Positions 53,841 to 64,000 of a stretch of 64,000 nt of DNA are shown here, in pieces. The first letter of the stretch is position 1; each line of letters starts with the position of its first letter. Position numbers and translations under genes: made by a program. The notes beneath the pieces were generated by a model that ran no database searches, was not told the origin of the DNA, and saw only the letters and a list, made by a program, of their open reading frames with translations. The stretch comes from Sphaerodactylus townsendi (Eukaryota), in contig NC_059430.1 of assembly GCF_021028975.2 (NCBI RefSeq), positions 95,108,001 to 95,172,000 of the forward strand, in the 5' to 3' direction.

Positions 53841-55423
53841 TCCCATCCCCTGTTGGTAATATCCTTTCCTGGTAGGTAGATACAAAGCTCCCTTCTCTTG
53901 AGGACAATTCAACAAGATGCCTGAATCTCTGATTTTTCAGGAAAAGCAAAGAGAGGTAGTTGTCATCGTTTTCTTCCAATCCAATTCCAAAGCCTTTATT
54001 GGCATTATAAATTGCAGAATTAATAAAAAGGGCATTTGTCTATTGACTAAAACATTAAAATACATTAAAATCTTCCCCTATTTTAGCCTGTAGTATGTAT
54101 GTAAGGGTACGGGCATAACTCTCTTTGCCTGTGATGTTTTTCACACAGAAACCATTCTCCCTTTCTCCCTACAGGTGAAACAAACAAACAGGTCATCTAT
54201 TGGGTCTTTTTCAGATAGGCGAATAGCAGAGGAAGGAGGGAGAGGTACGAAGAGAAGAATAATTGTGAAAACAGCTCAGCGGAACAAATAACTTTTCCTG
54301 TCCCCCCATGGCAGAGACCTCAATCCAAATACTGCCCCCCTGTTTGTTTTGGTCATTCTGAAGCAGATGATTCAATTAGAGCCCATCCGCCATCTTGTCT
54401 AGTTGGGACTTGGAGGCAAGGATGATTTCCCTTTGTGCAGACCTTTTCAGGAAATGGCTCACAGTTTCTGAAAATCTCAGAGCACATCATCAGATTGTTG
54501 GGGGGGGGGGAAGAGAGGGGGAGAGAAGGATAAGTGGCAACCCTGAAAATGATTTGGTACTAAATCAAGGCAAAATATGCAGACTCCTCTGCCTCTAAGT
54601 GTGTAGAATGTGCTTCCCATAGATTTTCTCAGTAATTCCAATAACCCTACAAGATAGGACAGGGTTACTGTCCCCACTCTACAGCTATTAAGCTGGGATA
54701 CCGGCCCCCTCCCACCTCATCCTGGGTCACTTCCTTGGCCCAGGCTCTTTTTGCCTTTTCTCTGAGGGGAGATGCCTCCCTGTAGAAAGCCCTGCCCTCA
54801 AACCACAAACACGGGGAAGCAGTAAGAGGGTCTTTAAACCAATCCTGTTTAAAGCTCAAGGAAGCATCGTCTATGCAAGAGAAGAAAGGCAAGGACATTC
54901 CAGCACTTGTTCCTTCAAGAATTTTGAACCCAGCAGGTTCTGTGGGTTTTAGCCAAGCCTTAATTGAGCAGGTCAAGTAAAATGCCTGCCCGGGATGACA
55001 CACCTGTGCTCATTAAAGGGCATCAGAGGAGAATAAATGTTTGACTCCTAGCCCAACAAAACGATGCCGCGAAGTATTCAAATAAACAAATCACTACCCA
55101 CAACAAATTAAAATGGCTTCAAATATCTGATTAACTGTTTGTTTGAAATTCATCTAGGTTTTGGAGGGACTTTTTGACAATCAAGTCTAAAGTTCTTTTC
55201 TTTTTCCTACCCTTTCTTAGCAATTCTGTGCAGGATTTCCTTTTGACTACTTTGTGTCCGGTGTGAAAACCAGTGCCGTGCTGCATTCAGAGTTTCAGAC
55301 TTGGAATGGAGAGTCCTGGGTTCAAATTCCCAATCCAGGCCTAACCAGACGTGGTACTTCCCATACCTATTCTTACAGGCAAATCTTAAGAATTGTATCC
55401 AACTTGCTACCACCATCAGCATG

Positions 55424-55716
55424 GAAGAAGAGAAGTGGCTTTATTACCCCCTTTTCCTGTAAGGAGACTTAAAGGGGCTTACAAACTCCTTTCCCTTCCT
55501 CTCCCCTCAGCAGACATCTTGGGAGGCAGGTGGGGTTGAGAGAGTTCCAAAGAACTGTGACTAGCCCAAGGTCACCCAGCTGACACATGTTGGGAGTGCA
55601 AAAGCAAATCTAGTTCACCAGATAAGACTCCGCCGCTCGTGTGGAGGACTGGGATCAAACCTGGTTCTCCAGATTAGAGTCCATCTAATCCTAACTACTA
55701 TGCCACACTGGCTCTC
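55424..55716 (-). mobile_element. tRNA-derived SINE (same family)
   Basis: Reverse complement of the 7283 family. Confidence 0.87.
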
Positions 55717-56835
55717 ACTTCTCCCAGGAAAAAAAACATTACCTTAGTGGAGAAGAAACAGAGGTTTCATTCTGAAGCTTAAAAAAAAAGGAAGCAGGAA
55801 GATTTTTAAAATAGCACCATAAGGGCAGAAGGGGCTATGGAGGAACAAGGGGCGGGGGAGAGAATGATGATGGCTTTTTGCCCTCTCAGAAGCCGTGTCT
55901 GCTGCACTCACAAACTTCCAAATCCTCTTCCCTTTTCTGGCCACCCCCTTGCCATTAAGTCTCTTTGGGTGAATCAGCACATGTATAGTCACTTTGTCTC
56001 TCTTCTGCAGCCTTTTCTCTCCTTGCCTGGAGGAAGGATAGTCAAAGTTTCTCACATCTCTCTTTCCAAGAAGCAGAATAATTTCTCTGATTTTTCTCCT
56101 CAGAAAGATGAGGGTTTTGTAAAACCAGTTTTCTTCTCTGCATAATGACCTACAAACTCTATGGCAATAGACAGACAATATATTTATGATTTACCTTTGA
56201 GGGTACACATGGAGAAAGGTCACCTCTGCTCAGACCCATAACATGGAAAATTAGGAGCTGACTTTGGGCCAGCCATGCTCTATCCCTTTCAGCCTACCTC
56301 ACAAGATTATCGTGAGGATGAAGCAGGGAAGGAAAGAGCCAAGTATACCTACTGGGTAGACTTCACAGGATGAAAAGTAGATATGTTTTCGTTCGTTTGT
56401 AAGCCTATGGGCATGTCCTAGTTGGCTACGACACAGGTCCTAAACACATGCTACATTTTTCCAGCACCTTCAATGGATTGCATGATCACAAGTGTTCCTG
56501 GTGTTCCATGCTGGGAATTCAAGTCTAAGGAATGCACAGGCTCAGTTTGGATTGGGACCACTGCTCCCAAGAATGGACTTCTTTTCATGCCCAGTGCTGT
56601 TTTCCCAACTTGAAATGGTGCTGGGGTGATGCTATTCGGTGTACTCTTTTAGCACACGTGGAGTACTGAATGAGCCAAACGGCATTCCCTCAAAAGAAAT
56701 TTCAAATTGGGAAAACAGCACAGTCATGGGAAAAGACGGCCCCTTCTTCTCATGCACTGAAGTTCTAATTCAAACTGGGTCCATTAACATTTAGGAATTG
56801 AGCTCCAAGTTCAAACTTGCAATATGCCTCTAACT

Positions 56836-57344
56836 CAGTGATGGTGAACCTTTTTGAGACTGAGTGCCCAGATTGCAACCCAAAACCCATTTGTTTATCG
56901 CAAAGTGCAAACACGGCAATTTAACCTGAATACTGAGGTTTTAGTTTAGAAAAAACAGTTGGCTCCGAGGCATGCGTTACTTGGGAGTAAACTTGGTGGT
57001 AGTCAGTGGCTTTGCTTTGAAACAACCATGCAACTCTTCCAACGGGTGAATCACGACCCTAGGAGGGTTTACTCGGAAGCAAGCCCCATTGCCAGCAACC
57101 GAGCTTACTCCCGGGTAAAGGATCGCACTTTAATTCTTCGCATGAAAATCAGTGGGGTTTAACAGCGCTTAACAGGGTCACCTACACTGCTTCCCCAAAA
57201 TTAGATCTTAGGTTTAATGCTAATAATTGAGTTCAGCGGCCCAGGCTAGCCTAGATGTGTGTGTGGGGGGGATGGGGGTGACTCTGTTTGTGCGTTCCCA
57301 CAGAGAGGGCTCTGAGTGCCCGTGCCATAGGTTCGCCACCACTG
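56836..57344. mobile_element. Non-autonomous hAT element (hAT1-like termini)
   Basis: TIRs CAGTGATGGTGAACCT / AGGTTCGCCACCACTG. Perfect 8-bp TSD CTCTAACT. Confidence 0.92.
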
Positions 57345-57727
57345 CTCTAACTGCTCCAGCCCAGGTAAAAAAAACGTAACACAGGTTCTAATGTACAGTG
57401 CACAGCTCATGTTAAATGATAAAGCAATAAAGTTATTTTACAAATGGGAAGAGACTGCGACATACCAGCTAATATAAATGCATAATAATATCAATATTTA
57501 TATCACTGGGCTTCGACAGGATTGCACTGTAACTCCGCTAGCAAGGTCTGGTTTTCTAGCCAAGCCCCTAAAGTGACCACACATTGGAGAAGGGGGGTTG
57601 TCAACACCCTGCAAGGGGCTTCCAATGTAGTAATGGACCATCAGACTCCTAAAGAGAGAAATCTCCACTATCTATTTCTCCTCCGGTATCACTTGGGCTG
57701 AAAGTCTCAGGTGAGAAATAATCTTAC

Positions 57728-57826
57728 CTTATATGAGAAGGAGTCCTCAGGAACCAGGCGGGGTCCAGCCTCTGTTGCAACCAGAAGGTGCCGCAGCTGC
57801 AGACCAGGGCCGTTCATTCTTTCCAT
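57728..57826 (-). CDS. NIPAL3: NIPAL3 coding exon 1 of 11 (99 nt, MERMNGPGLQLRHLLVATEAGPRLVPEDSFSYK)
   Basis: Ends in SFSYK|gtaaga as in NIPAL3 orthologs. In-frame TGA 9 nt upstream of the ATG. Probable acceptor tgtttgtag|G at 58012. Confidence 0.88.
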
Positions 57827-59010
57827 TCTGATTCATTCATACATTCCCTCTTGACCTTGCCAGACCACTCAGTTACTTGCAACAATGCTTTAAAAAGGAG
57901 CTTGAGGGGGAAGGGGGTCCACCACGGTCCGCCTCTCCATTGTGCTGTCTGAGCTCCAGAAACACCACTCAGCAGGACTGGATGTCCATTGTCATTCCCT
58001 CATTCCCACATCCTACAAACACAGAACACAACATGGGAGGAGTTCATCCAAGAAAGAAGCACTGAGGTTTCAATGTTTTTGTTTTCCAGATGAAATGACT
58101 GATGTTATAAGGGTGCTGGAGGACGAGTCAAAATTCACTGGGCCAGTGGTTCTGCAACTGTGACTCAGGACCCAAAAACTGGTTGCAACTCTTGCTCAGA
58201 CAGGTCATGGGGCCAGGAGGGAGGAAGTAGAACAGTGTTAGCTGGAGAAAAAAAAGGAGGCCATAGCTGCATGATACAGCACCCACTTGGCATGCAGAAG
58301 CTTCATAACACAGGGTTGCAACCCCCCCTCCGCACCCTTTGTCGCCCCGGTCATCAAACCAGAGAGCCATGGTGGCTTCTGCACCAATTCTAGCTAATAA
58401 ACCAGATACTATACACCATTCCAAAACATCTGAAGCTGACCTATTGCCACCTGCTCAGACACCCTGCCTACAAAAGAGAGGTCTGCAAGTGGTTGATAAT
58501 TGGAAGTGTAATTAATGTCCAAGTACGGTGTCTTTCCCGCCCTGAGAAAGAGGTATTTATAGCCTCTCAGATCCAACAGGTCACTCCTATCCCTTTGCTT
58601 AGGTGGAATCTAGATAATCTTGATGCTCCTAAATAATCCGAATGTCTGTTGTAATCTTCCCACTTGAACTATCTTTGAGGGCAGGACTGTGTACCTCATT
58701 GTGAAGCCTGCTATGATTCACTTTCTCATATTTTGCTTTGCTGTTCAAAATACAACAACATTAGAACTGATTTGAGGACTGTATTACCAACAGTATTTAT
58801 GCTCCTTTCTGATAAGTTAAGATGGTTAAGTTTCTAAATAATTCTAATGCTGAAATCTCGGAAGCTGTTGCTATATTTTTACTCTGTGTACTACAAGTTG
58901 TTCACTACAAGTTGACCTTCTTATTGTATTTGGAATTCTTGACACACACCAGTTTTATACCTAATAAAGGTTCTGGAATGGAATGGAGTGAAGCCTGCTA
59001 TCATTTAGCA

Positions 59011-59149
59011 CAGAGGTGGCCAACCTATGGTGCTTCAGATGTTCATGGACTACAATTCCCATCAGCCCCTGCCAATTGGCCATGCTGGCAGGGGCTGATG
59101 GGAATTGTAGTCCATGAACATCTGGAGCACCATAGGTTGGCCACCCCTA
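59011..59149. mobile_element. Palindromic hAT MITE, same core family as 1419-1566
   Basis: Shared core CAGATGTTCATGGACTACAATTCCCATCAGCCCCTGCCA and its reverse complement. Confidence 0.88.
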
Positions 59150-59963
59150 ACTTAGTTAAAATACTGCCTTCATAAAGGCAGCTCAAAGAAGCAGACACGC
59201 ACACACAAACTCTCATATTCCCTTCTCACTCATATGCCTTGCTACCAGGCAGAGAAGACTGAGCAGGATAAAAGTTTGAAATAATGATAGTTATTTAGCA
59301 AATGCCGCCTCTCAAGACCTTTTCATGTCACTTAACTAAAAATAATAACACAAAGCTAATGAAAATAAAAACAAGTTAATTAAAACGCATCACACCAATA
59401 AAAGCAAGCCAAGCTGGTAAAAGCAAGCCCGGGTACAGAAGATTTCTCAGTAAGCAAAAGGCTAGTGATTTCCTTTTATAAAAAAGCAACAGTACCATGA
59501 ATACCTTCTGGGTTCCCTGCAGCTCCTTGCCTCCAATGGGAACATAACCACTACCCCCCTTTTGCCTGTACCCAGTCCAGAACTCTGAAGTCTGCTACAG
59601 ATCTGTTTTTAAAACCCTTGAGCCAAAGTCACATCATACAACCTGCAAATAAATGTCACTCTCACTGGGGTACTCATTTGGGGATCTCATTTCAACACAG
59701 GTCTTCCAGATCCTTTATAAACCCCACAAGTCCGCAAAGCAGGTATTGCTGGGAGGTTTGCTCCTTGTATTATCTATCAGGCCAAAAGAAAGTATTATTA
59801 TGTTCTCCTTCTGTTGATAGCAAGTCTTTCATTACAACACATGGAAAACAGAATGTACTGCCTGTCTACAACTTTTTCAGCCCAGCCCTATGTATGGTTG
59901 CATAATAGGACCAGGAAGCTACATAAGCATAGGTGCAACTGCAGCCTTTGCAGATTTGATCAT

Positions 59964-60260
59964 AGAAGAAGAGTCTGGATTTATACCCCCCTTTCTCTCC
60001 TGTAGGAGACTCAAAGTGACTTACAATCTCCTTCCCCTTCTTCCCCACAACAAACACCCTGTGAGGTAGGTGGGGCTGAGAGAGATCTGCACAGCTGTGA
60101 CTAGCTTAAGGTCACCCAGCTGGTGTGTGTTGGAGTGCACAAGCTAATCTGGTTCACCATATAAGCCTCCACAGCTCAAGTGGCAGAGCAGGGAATAAAA
60201 CCCGGTTCTGTTCTCCAAATTACAGTGTACCTGCTCTTAGCCACTATGCCACTGCTGCTC
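59964..60260 (-). mobile_element. tRNA-derived SINE (same family)
   Basis: Reverse complement; head matches the copy at 42411. Confidence 0.87.
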
Positions 60261-60394
60261 CACTGCTAGACTGTACTTTTTAAAAAAATCAGAAGCAGTA
60301 TTCACTTGCAACACAACACCTCCCTCTTGCAATGCGCAACCATTTGGCTTCACTTCATAAAGATAAAATCACACACACCTCTTTATCCCTGTAT

Positions 60395-60995
60395 TCTCTT
60401 TACAATATTTTTATTCATTATAACTGATCTGGATGAGGGGATAGAGGGACTACTCAACAAATTTGCAGATGACACCAAACAGGGAGGAGTAGCAGACATG
60501 CCGGAAAAGAGAGTCAGAATTCCACAAGATGTGAACACACTGGAAAAGTGGGGCAGTTGTGAACAAACAGCAGTTCAACACAGATAAGTACAGAGTTCTA
60601 CATCTGGCTTACCAAAATGAGAAGTAAGCATTCTGGAATACACTTGTGTGAGCAGTCAGTGTGATGCAGCAGAAAAAAAACTAATGTGGTCATAGGATGT
60701 ATCAACAGAAGCATAATATCCAAGTCACAAAATTCCTTAGTTCTCCTGCACACCACTTAGGTCAGATCACACCTGGAGCACAGTGTGCAGTTCTGGACGC
60801 CACACTTCAAAAAGGATGTGGACAGAATGGAGCAGGTGCAGAGAATAGTGGCGAGGATGATCAGGGACCTGGAGACCAAGCCCTATGAGGAAAGGGTGAG
60901 GGACTATTCAGTCTGAAGAAAAGGAGGATGAAGGGGGCCATGATTGCTCTTTTTAAGTATTTGAAAGGCTGTCACTTAAGAGGGAGGCAGGAAGC
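60395..60995 (+). mobile_element. CR1 LINE ORF2 (reverse transcriptase C-terminal) fragment, decayed
   Basis: Translation DLDEGIEGLLNKFADDTKQGG (CR1 FADD motif), followed by frameshifted CR1-like sequence. Confidence 0.9.
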
Positions 60996-61628
60996 TTCTA
61001 ATAACTGATGGAATATCAAGGCCAGGCCATTTTATTTACATATTTGTACTCCACGTTCCTCACCAGTGGGTTCATCATTCTCCCCTCCCATCATTCTCCC
61101 CTCCCTGTTTCTTTTATCCTAACAACTCCCTAAAGAAAGTTTGGCTGAGAGTGTGTGACTAGCCCAAGGTCACCCAGGAAGCTTCCATGGTAGACTGGAG
61201 ATTTGAACTAGATCCTAGTCCAGCACTCTAACCATTATATCACATTATTTTATAGGATTTTTCTTGCAGTGTTGAACAGGGACTTTGCCTAGTCAACCGG
61301 AAAAGCACTCCTAGCGTCATAAATTTGTTAATAATTCCAGAGAAGGATAGCTGCGTCAGTCTGCGGCAGCAAAAACCAAGCAAGCACTTTAAGGATTCCC
61401 AACATTTCGTTTCAACATAAGCCTGAACCGGAACAAATGAATATTTTGGTTGTAAAAGTTCTTAAAATAATAAAATGAATGAATTGTGGACAAAGAGGAT
61501 ACTTTGCAAAAAAAGAAAGAAGAAGTTGTTATTTTCCGGTTAAATTGAAGTCCACATTTTAATTTTCCCCTCCTTTGATCAACAACAACAAGCCTGCTCA
61601 TGTCTTGCTGTGCAACTCAAATGCTCAC

Positions 61629-62000
61629 CTGCTGCTGTTTTTTTTTCTTTTCTCACTGAAGGATTCCGCCGATTTTTACAGCCGGAAAGTGAAATAAAAT
61701 TTATGCACTACGAAAGAAAAGTCCCTTTGAACGTCTTCCGCAGGTGAAGATCTTGTTCCAACCCAGATCTCAGGTTTGCGCTTCCACAACAAGAGCTCCG
61801 ATTTGACCTGGAAGCTGCCCGTCACTTTGCAGGCCCTCGGCTCACAAAGGCGATTGGCCGGTCTGACGAAGGCGGATCTAAATCCCTGGTTGGCTGCAAT
61901 ATTTCTGTTGAAGGTGGCAAAGCTTGGGTGACGCGTGCAAGGCTGCCGAAGGGTACGACCAGGAAGTGATCGGCTGCTACAAATCGATGAAATTTTTAAA
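61629..62000 (-). promoter_or_regulatory. NIPAL3: Putative NIPAL3 promoter and non-coding first exon
   Basis: Local CpG enrichment. Donor CAG|GTGAGC at 61629/61628. CCAAT box (GATTGG ~61852), ETS-type CAGGAAGTG ~61960, half-CRE TGACG ~61929. Confidence 0.6.
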
Positions 62001-62304
62001 TATTTATACTAAATAATGATAATATTATGCTAGCTAATCATACGCATGTACCCTGTATTATACCTGAGATGCCCCCAAATTGAGTCACCTTTATTTGTGT
62101 TATTGCATGAGTGTAATTGAATAGCCACGGCTACCCCTGATTGTGATAACTAAGTAGAAGAAGCCCGCGGGGTGGGTGGGGGGTGGAGTATTACTTGGAT
62201 GGAGGACCACCAAGGAAGTCCCAGGTTGCTAAGCAAGGGCAGGCGATAACGAACGGGCTCTGCTGACCTCTTTTTTGAAAACCCTATGAGCTGGCCATAA
62301 AATA

Positions 62305-62625
62305 AGTAATAAAGTTTCCCCTTCAGTCGTGTTCGACCCTGGGGTACCACTACGAGCAGTGATTTTATAGGCAAGCCATTTTTGAGGGGTAGTTTGCTGT
62401 TGCTTTTCCCAGCTATTCTTTACCCCCTGGCTATGAGCTAGGTACTCATTTACCGACCAAGAAATGGGTGGATGGCTGAGTTGGCCATGAGCCAGCTTCC
62501 AGGATATCTGACCCACAGGGGGCTCGAACTCCTGACTGTGTGAGTGGCAGTGCAAACAACATAGTTCAACATGGAATAAGAACATTGGCTTGATAGTACT
62601 TTCCACCACCAATCATGGCTCCTGG
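62305..62625 (-). mobile_element. Sauria SINE-like element
   Basis: Characteristic GGTACTCATTTACCGACC...GGATGGCTGAGT and GGGCTCGAACT segments. Confidence 0.7.
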
Positions 62626-62709
62626 CCTACAAAAGCTGATGCAACAATAAATAGCATTGAAAGTGCCACAAGACTGCTTTTTCAAACTTTCATTTTATAG
62701 ATACGTGTT

Positions 62710-62885
62710 TGTAAAGTGCTTTCAAGTTTTAGCAACTTGGTAGGGTTTCAAGGCAAGAGACCAACAGAGGTGGGTTGCCATTGTCTTCCTCTGCATTCCT
62801 TGGTGGTCTCCCACCCAAGTGCTAACCAGCCCCAACCTTGCTTAAGTTTATGAGATCAGGCTAGGCTGGGCCATCCAGGTTAGGG
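62710..62885 (-). mobile_element. 5S rRNA-headed SINE; other copies at ~2885-3025(-), 30654-30750(+), 42360-42785(+, interrupted), 62190-62300(+)
   Basis: GGTCTCCCACCCAAGTGCTAACCAG...CTTGCTTA...TGAGATCAGG is the reverse complement of the 5S internal control region, joined to a non-5S tail. Confidence 0.75.
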
Positions 62886-64000
62886 CATAATTTACCATAC
62901 CTGAATTAATTTACCATACCTGCATTTGTTGTTCACATTGTACTCTAAATTTGTAACCCCAGTTAATTGGTTATGCTGCCTGATTGCATTGTTTGTTATC
63001 TTGTAATCCTCCTTGAATCTCAGCAAGAAATTCAGATTATGAATAAAGTCAATATAATTAATTTTCAAATGCAGGTTATGTATTATTGCGTATGAAGTGC
63101 AATCAAGTTGCTTCCAACTCCTGGCAACTCTATGAATCAATATCCTTAAAAATGTAATTTCAATTTCATATCGTAGCCATCCAGGCCCCTGCTCTATCAA
63201 CACCATATGCAACCACAACAAAATGCAAAGGGTCATCTATTCCAATCCTCTGCATAACACAGGAAATTCATAATCACCTTCCCAACATCAGATTTAATGC
63301 AAAATGAAATGTCCTTCAAGTGGGTTTCTTAGCAGCACATTCCTGAGAAATAAACTAGTAATCATCCCCCCCCCCCCACCCATTCTGGTCCTTTGAATTA
63401 TTTTTATTTATTTCAAGAGCCAGCCTGTCGTAGTGGTTAGAATGTCAGACTAGGACGCAGGAGATCTGGGTTCAAATCGTCATCATGCCATGGAAACTTC
63501 CTGGGTGACGTTGGTCCTAAATGGAGGTAAGGAGAATAATAATGTAAACTTCTTTAAGACTCCAATGCAGATGAAAGCCACTTTAGTGATGATAATTTGA
63601 TCAAAAAATGAGCACAAAAGCTTTACAGTAAAGTGATTTGGCTTGTGTAGAGTCCAAAAGTAGTGGGAAAGGAGTTCCAGAGTGGTGCTCTGCATGTGCT
63701 CAAAATCACTAAAAAGTGGGTGAATGAATGGCTCCAATTGTTCTCTTAGTGATAAATAGCTAAAAATGATTTTCTGGAGGAAACAAAGGGGGGGGAATAT
63801 TACTCATTTAGTATAATAAGGAGTACATTGAACTTGTCTTAGTCTGCTGATAGTTGTCTTGCTGGTGTATTACAGAAGGTTTACGAATCATAGATAGTGA
63901 ATAGTAGTGGATATAGTAAATAGGATTTTTTTGTAAATATTTGTGCAATTAATAACAATATGTAAAGTTTTAATATAATATAATAATCTATATTTAATAA

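Noticed and set aside
62800-62885. 5S rRNA-like sequence
   Set aside because: Partial, diverged and fused to a SINE tail; not an rRNA gene.

Overview
Vertebrate genomic DNA, most likely a squamate reptile (a gecko-like SINE/MITE repertoire; the taxon is inferred). It contains two complete multi-exon genes on the minus strand. NIPAL3 (NIPA-family putative Mg2+ transporter) has 11 coding exons at 57826->40032, 1227 nt, 408 aa. RCAN3 (calcipressin-3) has 4 coding exons at 25104->15585, 750 nt, 249 aa. All introns are GT-AG and the phases reconstruct without a break. Three CpG-rich promoter-like regions lie at about 61.6-62.0 kb (NIPAL3), 33.95-34.65 kb (RCAN3) and 4.55-5.3 kb (by synteny probably NCMAP, whose coding exons are not in the window). 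The rest is intronic or intergenic and dense with repeats: tRNA- and 5S-derived SINEs, CR1/L2 fragments, many hAT and Harbinger MITEs with visible TIRs/TSDs, a ~1 kb non-autonomous Helitron, and a Penelope-derived inverted repeat carrying hammerhead ribozyme cores. I see no evidence for a wholly new multi-gene system. The best leads are: (i) a dense, patterned uORF cluster in the NIPAL3 leader; (ii) the intronic hammerhead hairpin in RCAN3; (iii) the Helitron; (iv) hAT elements resembling horizontally transferred families; (v) an 8-aa C-terminal extension of RCAN3. Almost all ORFs in the supplied track are spurious. Comparisons to human proteins and repeat families are from recall, not from database searches.
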